Source: Azolla caroliniana
Lineage: Eukaryota; Plantae; Polypodiophyta
Length of the DNA stretch: 64,000 bases
Assembly (NCBI GenBank): GCA_043228905.1
Contig: JBHGNT010000006.1
Location: 22,940,001 to 23,004,000, forward strand
Reading direction: 5' to 3'
Shown: positions 13,593 to 25,974 of the stretch, one piece after another
How positions within the stretch are numbered: the stretch's first letter is position 1
Layout: each line of letters starts with the position of its first letter
Made by a program: the position numbers and the translations under genes
The notes under the pieces: model-generated
The model's input: only the letters and a program-made list of their open reading frames with translations
Told to the model about the DNA's origin: nothing
Databases searched by the model: none

Positions 13593-14499
13593 ATATTATT
13601 TTGGATACCCAAAAAGAATGGGTGGGGCCACATAATAAAAACTATATGAATATAAAGGGTTGTGATTGTTTTCTTTTTATGAGCTTATGTTTTAGCAATA
13701 ACAACTATAAATCACATTTGTCCTTTTCTTAATTGATAATGGTGCTATCAAACATTTAAGAAAAGGACAAATGGAGAGTGACCGTGACGAATGGAGTCAT
13801 AACGTGTACAAGTTAAACATTCAAAAACGTTTATAAAAGTCCAATATTGGTTTTAGGATGTGATTGCCTCTAATTTTTCAAAGTGATGATTAGGTCTCAC
13901 ATTCAAGGATATTTATTGATAGGGAGGTACTTGATGGTTTCTCTCCCCTAATGAGTATAGGTGAGTGGGAAAGCAGGTGCAAGGAAAATAAAGGTCATAC
14001 ATTCAACCTCCCTACATTCCATTGCAGTCCCTACTAAACTAAGGGAAACAAAGAGTCGTGATTGTTGATCCTTCAACTCAAGGACATACAGTTGGTAGTT
14101 TAACAACTTGGCATTAATTAGGTAAAAGAACTTATGCAAAGACGGAGAGATAGATAGGTCTAGCTATTGTCTCTAGATGTTAAATATCACCACCGAGACC
14201 AAATATATAACATTTTACATAACATATATGAAAGTGGGTAACAACTCTGATGTCCAAGAACTTTACTTATGAATGTCGCGATCCATAGTGTATATTGTGA
14301 TTGTTAGAGAAAATTGTGCAAGGATTGGGTTTAGGCAATGATATATGGAACACACAAACAAATGTGATCAAAGGCACAACAATGTATGAAAGTTTGATAC
14401 TCAGACAAATTGTTTTAGGGAAAAGTGTGAATAGTTTGACTACTATTGTCATCACTTGTGCCTTGGTATTTTTATATTTATTATAGAAATATGATTAGA

Positions 14500-14837
14500 G
14501 TGAAGTCTAATTTTTAATGTCAAGATAGAAATATCCAAAAAATTTGAGAGAATAAAGTTAGAAATTAATGACCTTTTATTTTATTTTATTTATTTATTAA
14601 AAATAAAACGAATACTTTTACATTTATTATAAAATTTTATTAGTGTTTAGTCCCTCTTTTAATGTCCCTTTTTATTGTCAAGTCCCTTTTTTTATCCTAG
14701 GAAACTAAAAAAGGAGGGAGTTCTTGTACTCTCTTTTTTTTCTTTTTGGGTTCAACGAATACTTGACCATGTATTTGTATGCGTATTCGTTTGCATTCGA
14801 ATGGGAAACCCCACAAATTCAAATATGTCAATCTATA
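14500..14837. mobile_element. Truncated second copy of the 11290-11934 hAT MITE, in opposite orientation
   Basis: Reverse complement matches about 11290-11630 (TTTCCCATTCGAAT, GGTCAAGTATT, TTTCCTAGGAT, CTTGACAATAAA, AAAAGAGGGACT) and ends in AATATGTCAATCTATA. Confidence 0.75.
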
Positions 14838-15559
14838 GAGGTGAGTATGAAAGACCTACCATTTGTTATATTTGTGGAACATCACACTTTTAGCAACTTA
14901 ATGTCCCTAGAAAAATATTACGGCATTTCCAATTGACACCACAAGTATGTCACATAGTTCACCTAAACTCTGAACATTTATGGGTTGGCATTCATGAATG
15001 CTAATATGAATGACATTTTGCGTATTCCAACTAAACCAAGAAACTAGGTGTAGGACTAGACGGTGTCCACTAATTTTCTATGCAATCATCAAATTTATCA
15101 ACATGGTAGTTCATTGCTATTAATTCAATCTTCCACCACACTTAGGATTAAAGAAGGAACACACGATATAATCCTTGTTAATTTCGGGAAAGAAACAAGT
15201 TAAGGATTTGAATGTATATGTAGCACCTCTTATTTTTGAATTTACCAAAATTATGGAGTGGTTTACATGTCATTAATGCATCCAAGTCGAGAGAACATCA
15301 AGATGTTAAACCTTGTGAGATTCTAGCATGGACTATTCATAACTACCCTATGTAGCAGTTTTGTTCAATTCTTGGGAGAAAATGTGATGAAGAATCAAAG
15401 AGGCTCACAACATCATTATCCTACGGTCGTCAGTGGCTGAAACAGAAACGACACTACATGATGAAGAATCAAGATCAATGTGAACAACTTTTGAGAAAGT
15501 AAAACAACATCAACAAGATCAAGAGGATTGTACAGAGAAACTAAGAGAGAGAGAGCGCG

Positions 15560-18500
15560 AAAAGGAGAAAGAAATTAAGTCTCCTAGTTAATTTGCTTGA
15601 TAAATGCAACTCATTATTAACTTATTGGCTAACGGATGTAGAGTTGATGGGATATCAAGATGTATTAATTTCTGCGATGCATGATCTTACGGCAATAAAC
15701 TATCAACATGCTAGACTACATCGTCTAAGACAAGAGCGGAGGATGTTAATTGTCAATCACATAAGTTTTTTCATGACCTTCATGAATCACATGCACGACA
15801 TAATGGGGTAAGGTTAGAGGAAAATGGTATCATGTGTTCCAATCCTCAAGAAATTGTGAAGAAATGCATAGAATATTATACACAATTGTTGGAGGTACAA
15901 GTGTGTATCGATGATAATGTTAAAATGGATAGAGATGTATTTTTTAATGGGGTGAAAAATCGTGTATCGCATGATGTGGCACAATCATTAGATGCTAATA
16001 TTTCAGAGGATGAGGTGGAACATGTCATGCCACATCTTGCTGATGATAAGAGTCCTGGGTGGGATGGATTAAAACATGAACACTTTAAAAAATAAGTAAT
16101 TAAGTTCAAGGGGCCTTTTACGGTTTTATTTCAGAAAGTGTGGACATCAAGGGAAATGCCTCATTCTTGGAAGATAGGTTTGATAAAGCTTTTGCTGAAG
16201 GTGCCTTCTCCATCTTCCTTTGCTCAATGGAGGCCTGTTTCATTAATGGGGGAATGTACAAGATTTTTTCAAAAGTGATAGGCAATACGTTGCATAAGAT
16301 TTTACCTTCTATTATTGATAATGCTTAATATGGGTTCTTAGCAAAAAGAGATATTTTACATAATATGTTAATGTTCAAATGACAATTGACTATGCAAAGG
16401 ACTCTAAACAAGAATTAGTGTTGCTACAATTGGATATCGAAAAAGCCTATAATAATGTGGATTGTTCATTTATAAATCAATTGATGTCTCATATGGGTTT
16501 TGGTGATCATATGTCTAGATTGATATACACATTAGGGGAGGGTTCAGTTTCACATATGATGTTTAATGGAGGAGTAACACAACTGATTTCTATTTCGGAG
16601 ATCAGTTAGACAATGATGTCCGGTAAGTCCTTTACTCTTCACTATTGTGACACATCCTATTCTTGCTAAGTTACACAATATGGCTATGGAGGAAGAATTG
16701 CTTGGACTAAGGTTGCCATCAGGGAATCCATGTATTGTTCAAGCTCTCGTAGATGACCATATTATGTTTTTGGCACCTAATCAAGAAAATATTAGTAAGA
16801 CAAGAGATGTGTGGGAATTTTTTTCAAATGCTTCAGGGTTGAGAATTAATATGCATAAATCTATCCTCATTTCATGTACAGAACAAGATGTGTTAGGGTT
16901 GGGGTGGTTAGGAAGGATAGTACATCGTGGTATGATTTGTCGTCACCTTGGATATCCAATTGGGGGAAAGTTTGTCATGTGAAACTTATTGAGTGGGTAA
17001 TAGGTATCCAAAAGGTTGGAGGATAAGTTTATGTATTGGAGGTCTCAATTTTGGCCTTTTCATGTATGACTTAAGGTGGTCCAATCGATTATGGTCTCTA
17101 TGGTATCTTATTATCTTCATTTGCTCCCATGGTCAAAGAAAGCTCTTGAAATGTTGTCACGATCAATGCGAATTTTGTTTTGGAAAAGAAAAGGGAAAGT
17201 GCCTTATCATGGTTGGCATGGGATCATGTTTGTACTCCAAAGCATCTTGGCGGGGCATCAATATTGAATCTATATGAGCATATGGTGGCTCATCGAATTA
17301 CTTTCATGCAATTTATGTTTGAAGGTGGACAACCTTGGATAGAAATGGTGGCGTACTTTATAGAGAAGAACGGAATTAAACATGGAAACATGAAGGTTGA
17401 AGCTAATTGGTGGAATGTAATTAATTCTGAGAGGGATGTCAAATGTGCAGGGTCTATGATAGTTAATCATTTGTTGACATCTTGGCAAAATATGTTGGAT
17501 TTTGTGGAATGGCATCCTCCACAAGAAAGGGGATGTGCCAATTCATTACAAAATTATGGAGGTTTTGGCGACATCAACATTGTTGAGGTGGGAAAGGAAA
17601 ACAAATTCTTAACCTTCAATTTAATTGGATGGCTAGATTAGGTTTGGTAACAGTAAGGATACTATGTTGGTGTCACAAAGAAAATTAATGGTCTTTCGAA
17701 CAATAAGATCAACATTTCGTATTCCAAAAGGTTATACCTTTATTTAGGATAAGTTGCAAGAAATACTATCTTCGTATGAGCCAATTCCTGATTTAGATGT
17801 GTGATCTCAAGAGCTTGATTGGAGGTTTGTTGGAAATAAGAGATTGACTATGATCTCAACAAATGTTGCTTATCACAAGTTGATTGACAAACATAAGTGG
17901 CTGGAAGAAAGGGTTATAAAGATATGGGGTTTTCATAAGCCCATTACTTAGTGGCTTCATGGGATCAAGGCAGGTTCGTGTTCTCGATTGATGCTACAAG
18001 CCAAGGTATTTATTTAGAGAGTTATGGTTGGAGCTTTACCATTAGGGGATGCATTAGAAAAAAAACATTACTCAAGGATTGTGTTTCTTTTGTTTGGTGG
18101 AATTGGAACATAATAGGCATCGATTTATTAAATTCATGGCCGATGGCAAGGATGGTTTGGAGGTGTATCAATTTACTATGGATGTCTCTAACGGGAGTAA
18201 GCCTATCTTCCTTCAGTTGGGTTTTTGCACATAAGGAGAACAATGAACCAATGCCTCATTTTCAAATTATTTTTGAGTTCTTGAGGTATTTGGGAGAATG
18301 GTTCAATTAGAATATGCGGAATGCCTTCACTTTTGATTTGCAAGTTAGGGTGAGAAAATATGTTCTAAAGTTAAAAGGACTTTTTTGTGGCAATTGATAG
18401 TGCTAGAGAAGTCACAAAATCTCAACTATGAAGAGAGAGAACTCTGCAAGGTCACATATCATCATATTCTCCATTTACATTTGAATTGGTGTGTAGGGTG

Positions 18501-18614
18501 GAATTGAGTTTGGAGTCGTAGAAGTATTTAGATCCCATAGATAGAAGGGGTTCTATACTTTGTAGTAAGCTAGTCATGGTGGTGTTTTTTCTTTCGTAAT
18601 AAAAGCCATTATTT

Positions 18615-18618
<4 letters not shown>
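15560..18618 (+). mobile_element. 5'-truncated, decayed LINE (L1/Tx1-like ORF2 reverse transcriptase)
   Basis: DKSPGWDG, WRP..GGMYKIFSK, LQLDIEKAYNNVD, SVRQ*CPVSPLLF, ALVDD, SGLRINMHKS, LGYPI, AWDHVCTPKHLGG. AATAAA at about 18598, then (GA)n. Confidence 0.88.

Positions 18619-18687
<69 letters not shown>
18619..18687. repeat. (GA)n microsatellite at the LINE 3' junction
   Basis: About 34 perfect GA units. Confidence 0.95.
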
Positions 18688-18689
<2 letters not shown>

Positions 18690-20340
18690 CAGAGAGGCAC
18701 AAGGAATACAATCTATATTATTAAAAAATGGCAACTAACGCCATTTTCTTCTCCATCCGGCTCTTCTATGCACCTAATGTCTTGGGATACTCCGACAATT
18801 ATATGCCTCATCATAAATTGGGTTACAAAGTTGGTTATATGATAACCAAGCTAGGGCAACTGCCCTTTATGTTATTTACATAAATAACCTATCCTAGTTT
18901 CTCAAGATCAAGAGGATTGTACAGAGAAATTGAGAGAGAGAGAGAGAGAGAGAACCAAAGAGGCAAAAGGAATACAATCTGTATTATTAAAAACTGGCAA
19001 CTAACATCATCATAAACTAGGTTACAAAGTTGGTTATATAATAATCAAGCTAGGGTAACTGCCCTTTATGTTATTTACATAAATAACCTATCCTAGTTTG
19101 TCTAGATGGGATAATGTGAATACAACCATTATATACCCATATTCGACACTCCCTCGTAATGGGCGTATACATCAAAGAATCTGTAATAGACAAAAGAAAT
19201 ACAATATAAATTATACAAGGAGATGATAAGTTGATTGAATGTTCTCCTTAGTCGGCATAGGCCGAATGACCAAAGCCGAATCGGCTAGACTTTTTTACTG
19301 GAGCCGGATTTGCTGCCCCAAATGCATAATGCCGAATTCATCTATGTGTCCCAGTCAATCGAGCCAAAGTGGTAGTGTCCAAATTGACTGGACTGATTCC
19401 TTTTACGTCCATCTCAGGCCTTAATGACTCCTTCACCGCGTAAAGCCTCCTTCGTTGCGTTAGATGTGACTACATATGCAACCTTGGTTGTTGAAGTGGA
19501 TGTGCACTCCTAAAGTTTAAACTTCCACGATATTGCTCCATTGCCAAAGTTGAAGAAATATTTGGTCGTTGACTTTCGACTGCCCATACATCTGGCAAAG
19601 TTTGAGTGACTGTAGGCGACTACGCTTGGGAGGATGCCAAGGTCTTGTGTGCCCACTAGATATCTAAATACATGCTTAACTGCATTCCAATGTTGCTGGG
19701 CATGGTTGTGCATAAATCTGATAACGACTCCTACGACATGTGCCATGTCAGGACATGTCAGGACCATTGCGTACATCAAGGAGCTGATTGTTGGTGCATA
19801 CAATACCGGCTTCATATCTTCCCCCTCCGGACCGGATGTTGGACAGTCTCACTGAGACAACCGAAGGCTAATGGGGGGCAGGGTCAAAGTAGATTTAACT
19901 GATTGCATGTTGAAGCATTCCAAGACATGTCGAATGTAGCTGGCTTCAGACAAGAATAATTGTTGTTGATTCCGGACCCAACTTATCTTCATACCTAGAA
20001 TGTGTCCTACGAACCTAAGTCCTTCGTGGCAAAATTCAACTCCTGTTGCGCAACAAGATCGCTAAGCTCTCTGGCATGCCAGCTAGAGAGAAGCATATCA
20101 TCTATCTATAGGATGAGGAAGATATATAGGATGAGAAGAGGCAATGATCCTCATCGCTTTTACGAAATCCAACAAACAAGATGAAGTCGTTGAATTTTCT
20201 GTACCACTGCCTTGGGGCCTGCTTTAGGCCATAAAGACTCTTCCTAAGTCTGAAGACTAGATGTTCTTGGTCGGCTGCAACAAAGCCTTTCGGTTGCTCC
20301 ATGTAAATTTCCTCCTCTAGGTCAACCGTGGAGGAAGGCC

Positions 20341-20616
20341 GTCTTAAATACTTAAAATACATATTTTATAGATAAAATACGTTAAATACTTAGAATACGT
20401 GAAGAATACTTCTTAAGATTTAAAGTTTTTTTGAAAAAAAAAACTTTAAAATCTTTTAAATTTTTTTTTTTTGAAATGATAAATATTTGTTAAATACGTA
20501 GAATACGTCAAATTTTAAAAAAAACGGCAATTCTAAAATGTAAAATACGTGTAGAATACATAAGAGTATTTGAAAACATACTCTAAACTTAGAATACATG
20601 TTTTTTAACAACTATG
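20341..20616. mobile_element. One end of a hAT-like MITE
   Basis: Ends TTTTAACAACTATG (reverse complement CATAGTTGTTAAAA) with many AATAC(G)T subterminal motifs. The other end is missing. Confidence 0.55.
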
Positions 20617-21011
20617 ACCACAATTCTTCATCAATAGTTCTATCTTCCCTAGTTTAGGTAACTAGTGATCATGTCAACATTCACAGCCACAAAGCGAAAG
20701 ATTGTTTAATCCTTTACCAATATTTTAGGTGTATAATACATATTTTGTAATAGAGGATATTGGATGAGTTCCAAGAAGTTCTTAAGCAATAATGTTCTAA
20801 AAGGGTGGAAATAAATTGCTCACATTAAATCATTTTGCCCCCTTTAATTTTACAATTTGCGTAAGTGTCCTCATGTTCTAGTACCTCCATAGGCAAATAT
20901 AAATTTGGAATACACACATCTCCATTGGTTGAGGATATGTTCCATTGGTATCCATATAATGTGTTAATAGCAACACTTAAAGGGAAAGCTTTTGCACAAA
21001 ATTACTTAAAA

Positions 21012-21530
21012 TGTGATGTTTTAGGTCATTTCATTCTAAAGAGAAATGAACAGGTTGTTGGCTGGTCTGGACGTCCAAGTGGGAAAAGGGATGGATAACG
21101 GTTACGAATCGAAATAGGAATGGTAAAGATATTGAATAGGGAGTAATGGTTCACACATAACTGTAATCGTCCAAGAGCCTTATAAAAAGGGCCATGGGAA
21201 GCATGTAAAATGCTAATCTAACACTGTGTAATTTGCGCTTATAATATAATTGTGTTGCCTCCGATGCTCTTAGTCTAAATCTGTGTTGTAATTCCTTTGT
21301 GTTGAGTTCCACGTTTTGTGTAATCATGTGTGTTACAGTCGGTTGTAGCCGGCTCGTTCATCTCCACAGTCGCACAACCTCAGTTCGATTCCTACGTAAT
21401 CGTCCATAGCCTGAAATCCTCCAACAGTCCTAAGCGGAGTGAACTCCCCTTAATTCCTGAACACAATACCTTGTAGTCGAATAGCCAAAGGACTAGATAT
21501 TCGAAACTTTGTTATCCTAGGGGGGTAACA
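21012..21530 (+). mobile_element. Probable solo LTR inside an insertion of about 1.7 kb downstream of P450 copy 2
   Basis: TG...GGGGGTAACA with TATAAAA at about 21181. The 20996-22735 block is absent at the paralogous site near 5555. No TSD recognised. Confidence 0.4.
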
Positions 21531-22098
21531 CAGCTTGTAGTGAGCTAGTTTAAAGATCATTGCAAAGTCAAGGAAAAAGGTAAAGATGGAAGGTCGTCGC
21601 TAAGTCAATTGAGTGTATACTAATGCAATACCAAGAAGAATGATCAAGGTGAGATAAAAAAAAAGAGCGATGATAAGAAAATGATAGGGCAACATTTTGC
21701 CCCATGTAACAATACAACCCCTTGTCATTGTAACAACTTCCAAAAGAGTAAAATTATACTTCACAATAAGGATGGTGTAAATATTGATTAGGATGAGAGT
21801 AACAAAAGGAATCAATTCAGTGATTTCCCATTTATTCTAATGAGATTGCATACTCATGTCTCATCCTTAAGGTATTATTACCTCGAGTGCACCTCTTGCT
21901 CACTGAGGTTCTCTCACACCAAGGTTGTTTTGGGTTGTTTTGAGGAAATGCCTACCATCTCAGGTGCAAGTTGAGTACGAATGGGTGTCAATAGCATTGA
22001 AGTGGAGAAGCTCTCTCATATCATTATCCATTTCTATTTCATAGCTTCCATGACACACTCTGAAAGCCACTTCATTTCTCCATCATGAAGTATGCCAT

Positions 22099-22130
<32 letters not shown>

Positions 22131-22961
22131 GACCATTTTTTGATAGATTTGTAGAAAATATCGGAGTTCAAGAAACTAATGCATTGATTGTATTGTCAAT
22201 AATGTGCAAAAAGTGGGTAAACATAATGGGATAGAACGTCTCCATGTGAAGACAAAAACTAATGTTAGGATGGATAACATTTGCCATCCAAAGGATGAGG
22301 AGATTGAAAAGTTAAATTATTGGCCAAGAGATGAATAGCTTAAGGAGATTCAACTTCTTTGACCGGGGTCTACGAAAATTACAAACAAATTAAGAAAACG
22401 TTTTCATTGCCTCGAGTCACTTACTGCATTGAGTGACCATGACCAATGAAGTCCGAACATGTACCAGTTATCATGCTCATGGTAAATGCGGAGTGGATAA
22501 TTGCTGAAAGCATCTAAATAACCAAATTTGTGATTTTGATAACCAACAAAGATTGTGTACAACATCATGGTAACATGTAATAAATACTTACAAGAAAGAA
22601 ACAAGAATGTTGAAGATTCTTTCACTACTCCAATTAAAAAGAAAAACTTTGTGTTGGAAAATTCTTGTCTTTTGCGATGAGACGATAAGAAATCTTGTCT
22701 TTTGCGATAAGAAATCTCTTTGAGCTTCGTAAGGGCAAGGATGACCAGTAAAAAAATTATGTTCTAGTCCTGATATACTTAACATAATTCTCATGATTCT
22801 TTATACGTTTGGCCAGAATTGTATGTTTTAGGCATATATACCCTTTTTGTAACATTGCAATGCCAACAAATCACACTAATATCTGAAGTTATGGAAATAT
22901 GAATACAACTTTCATAACAAGCAATGAATTTTATGTCCAAACTGGATCGGAATGGCTTCAC

Positions 22962-24808
22962 TTAGTAATTTATTAGGGATTCGTATAATTCCCTTGGTAA
23001 CCTTGGCGATGCTACCGAAACTAAAGGATGGGTTTTATAGAGTATAATACCAAAGCTTTCACTCATATCCATTTCTTTGATGCCCGGCGGTAAACTCCAT
23101 TCGAAGGAGTGAACCAACGAGCCTAACATTAGGTAGACATTAAGGAGGCCTAGATTCACGGCCGGGCAAGCTCGTCTACCGGCACCGAATGGCAACAATT
23201 GGAAATGATGACCTTTAAGATCGACAGTTGAATCCATGAATCGTTGCGGTCGAAACTCTTGTGGCTTATCCCAGGAGTTCTCATCCATTGAGAGAGACCA
23301 AGTATTGATAAGCAATGTGGTTCTTTCGGGGACATAGAATCCGGCAACTTCACATGGCTGTATGGATTCATGGGGGATCAATAATGGTACCACTGGATGC
23401 AACCTCATTATCTCCTTCACAGTAGCTTGTAGATATGGAAGATTCGGTATGTCTTCTTCACTCATCAGCCTATCCTTGCCAATGACGCGATCGAGCTCGT
23501 CTTGTAGTCTCCTTGCTATGTCATCGTGTCGTATTAGTTCTGTTAATCCCCACTCCACAACTATGCTAGATGTATCCGTTCCACCCACAAATATATCCTA
23601 ACAATTCAATGATTATCGTCGCAATGTTATACTCAATAAACGAACACACATTTGTAATAACATAGAAGTCAGCTAAAGAAAGGAAATGCATCCACATACC
23701 CATAAAATTGCTTTGATATTGTCATCTGTCAAACTGATTGTATTGGATATATGCTCCTTCTCTTCATGTAAGGACAATAGAGTGTCCAGGAGATCATTTT
23801 CACCATAGCTACCAGCAGCAGCTGTATTCGCACGAGAATTCCGCCGATTGTCGACTATTCTTTGAAATATGGTGTCCAGCTTCTCGAACGTGTCATTGGC
23901 ACGTCGTTCGAGACCTTGTATGTCTAGAAATCTTAAAGCTGGCAAGAAGTCACCTATATTGGGAATGCCGACGAGGTTCGTTGATTCTCGGATGGCGTCC
24001 ACGAGCTCCAATCCATTCATGTTTATGATCACAGAAACGTCATGGAAGGTCTTTCCCAAGGCCATTCTCGAGATGCTGTTGCACATACGAACTTGTAACT
24101 TCGTGCACATGTCTTGGGCCTTTGGGATGTCTTGCCACACCGAACGAACAAGACCCCTCATCTCCTCGTCTCCGATCGGCTTGAAGTTTTGCAACCTTAC
24201 AGTGTTGAAAAGTTTGGTCATATATACTTCTTTCACCTGTCAACCAAGCAACACATATTTGTTTGGAGACCACTAAAAATGAATAAAATGTTTAGCCATT
24301 TAAAAAATACCTCAACTCTTAAATTGGAATTTGAAGTGATGAGAAATCTAGGTAATATGTAATTTTGAATTTGGATTACCTTGCGCCAAAGCGGGCCATA
24401 GGGCGTGCGGGCGAGGCCCGAGGAGTTGTAGGTGAAGCGGGCGGCGGCCGAATACGAAAGGGGGCGGGAGGCGAAAACAAGGTCATGGGTATGCAAGACG
24501 AGGCCGGCTATGTCGGGAGATGACACAACCAATGTAGGGACAGAGCCCATTTGATAGGACAAGATGGGGCCGTACCGCGTGGACATGTCATGGTACCATC
24601 GGTGCGGAAGTTGCGGAGACATAAGGAGCTGGTGGAGATGTCCTAGGAAAGGTAAGCTGCCAGGTGGCGATGGAGGAGATGGGATATGGAGGGGCTCATG
24701 TTTCCTCATCCTCCTCTTCATCTTCCTCTTCATGTTTTGTTGGAGATACTGACATAGAAGCACCCATCCAAAGATGCCCAATAACACTAATGCCCATATT
24801 GACCACTC

Positions 24809-24814
<6 letters not shown>
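22962..24814 (-). CDS. Cytochrome P450, CYP71 clan, copy 2; exons 24814-24380, 24236-23700, 23597-22962; about 535 aa, intact
   Basis: Same motifs and intron positions as copy 1 (I-helix VGGTDTS, KEIMRLHP, PFGAGRRACP); 435+537+636 nt in frame. Flanks about 20620-25425 are paralogous to about 5203-8240. Confidence 0.93.
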
Positions 24815-24844
<30 letters not shown>

Positions 24845-24847
<3 letters not shown>

Positions 24848-25010
24848 AAAGTAGCATAATGGTAAAATTGAGGTTTGGCTACGTGGAGGTACAGGGTTTG
24901 AATCCTGCCCTATGCACGTGATAAATATTAGTAATATTTTTGGTCTCATAGGTCATATTTGACCTCCGAAGACGATAATATAATCTATCTATCTATCTAT
25001 CTATCTATCT
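24845..25010 (+). mobile_element. tRNA-derived SINE-like insertion about 30 bp upstream of the P450 copy 2 ATG
   Basis: A-box TAGCATAATGG 24852-24862, B-box GGTTTGAATCC 24895-24905, (ATCT)n tail. Embedded in the (CT)n tract and absent from copy 1. Confidence 0.65.
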
Positions 25011-25974
25011 CTCTCTCTCTCTCTCTTTCCTAATCCATTTAATATAGCCTGCCTAATTCCCATTATAATCACGTGGTGAATATGGACCACACACTACCAA
25101 AATCCAAGAGTTGTGACAAGTTTTCAAGGTGCAAATATAGTTTCGAAGTTGTTCACATTTGGCCGCGATTCTTTAAGGGAAATGAGGGGCCCCGATGGGA
25201 AACTTGAAGTGTATGAGATGGGATCGGCCCGTGGGGCAGCTGTTTTACTGTTTCAAATTGTGTCGTTCTCTAATGTGTGACTTTTATGTAAGTTGGATGT
25301 CTTGGCAATGACAAAAGGAGACGTTTATAGGGAAAATGGTATTGAAAGAGACACCTGTGAGAGGAAAATGGAATGCTACAAAATGGTCGCAATGATTTAT
25401 ATTTACTAGTCTATAACATATTCATGTAGCCTCTAGTGCTTCTATTCCTGATCAATAATAGCATCGACGGCTTCATCTTCATCTCAGGGTAACGATAAGG
25501 AACAATATGTTTCTGCGGTACCACTTCTTCAACTGCTACCCTCGCTCATAGCACTTGCAGTGCAATGAAGAAGGCCGAATACACTGCAGAGCCTAGTCAT
25601 GATGATGATGATGCTAACCATGTGGATATGGCTGCCGCTGTATTGTCAATGCCCGATTCTATGGCTCAGGCAGGTTTCTCTCCCTGCAGAGATAACTTGT
25701 AGCTCCTCCTCCGACAGACAGACAGACAGACAGACAGATTATGTGGAAGAAGATCGAGACAAAGAGAAGAACAATAGAAGAAAGAAGCACTAGAGAAGGA
25801 AGAGATAGAAGAAGAAAACGAGAAGGGCATCTACCAAAATTTCATAAGCTGGAGGGCGAACGCAGAAATTTCAAAAGCTCAAGGGCAGAAGATAACTTTT
25901 TCAAAAACTTGAGGGTAAAAGAAAAAAAACAAAACAAAAATTTCAAAGACCAACGGGTGCAAAACATAAAACTC

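Larger units (their letters stand above)
15383..20340 (-). mobile_element. 3' part of a Ty1/copia element (RT-RNase H 19149-20340) whose 3' LTR is split by the LINE and partly duplicated
   Basis: DLEEEIYMEQPKGF..SLYGLKQAPRQWY and GAISWK motifs. PPT at 19149-19156, LTR starting at 19148. CAAGATCAAGAGGATTGTACAGAGAAA(GA)n occurs at both about 15514 and about 18903. Same family as 25975-34467; left boundary approximate. Confidence 0.75.

Noticed and set aside
11290-14837. Single large element with ~340-bp TIRs
   Set aside because: The left arm is a complete MITE with its own TIRs and 8-bp TSD, so the right arm is an independent partial copy.
24815-24949. N-terminal extension of P450 copy 2 (ORF from 24949)
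   Set aside because: Reads through the SINE-like insert and microsatellite; the paralogue supports ATG 24814.
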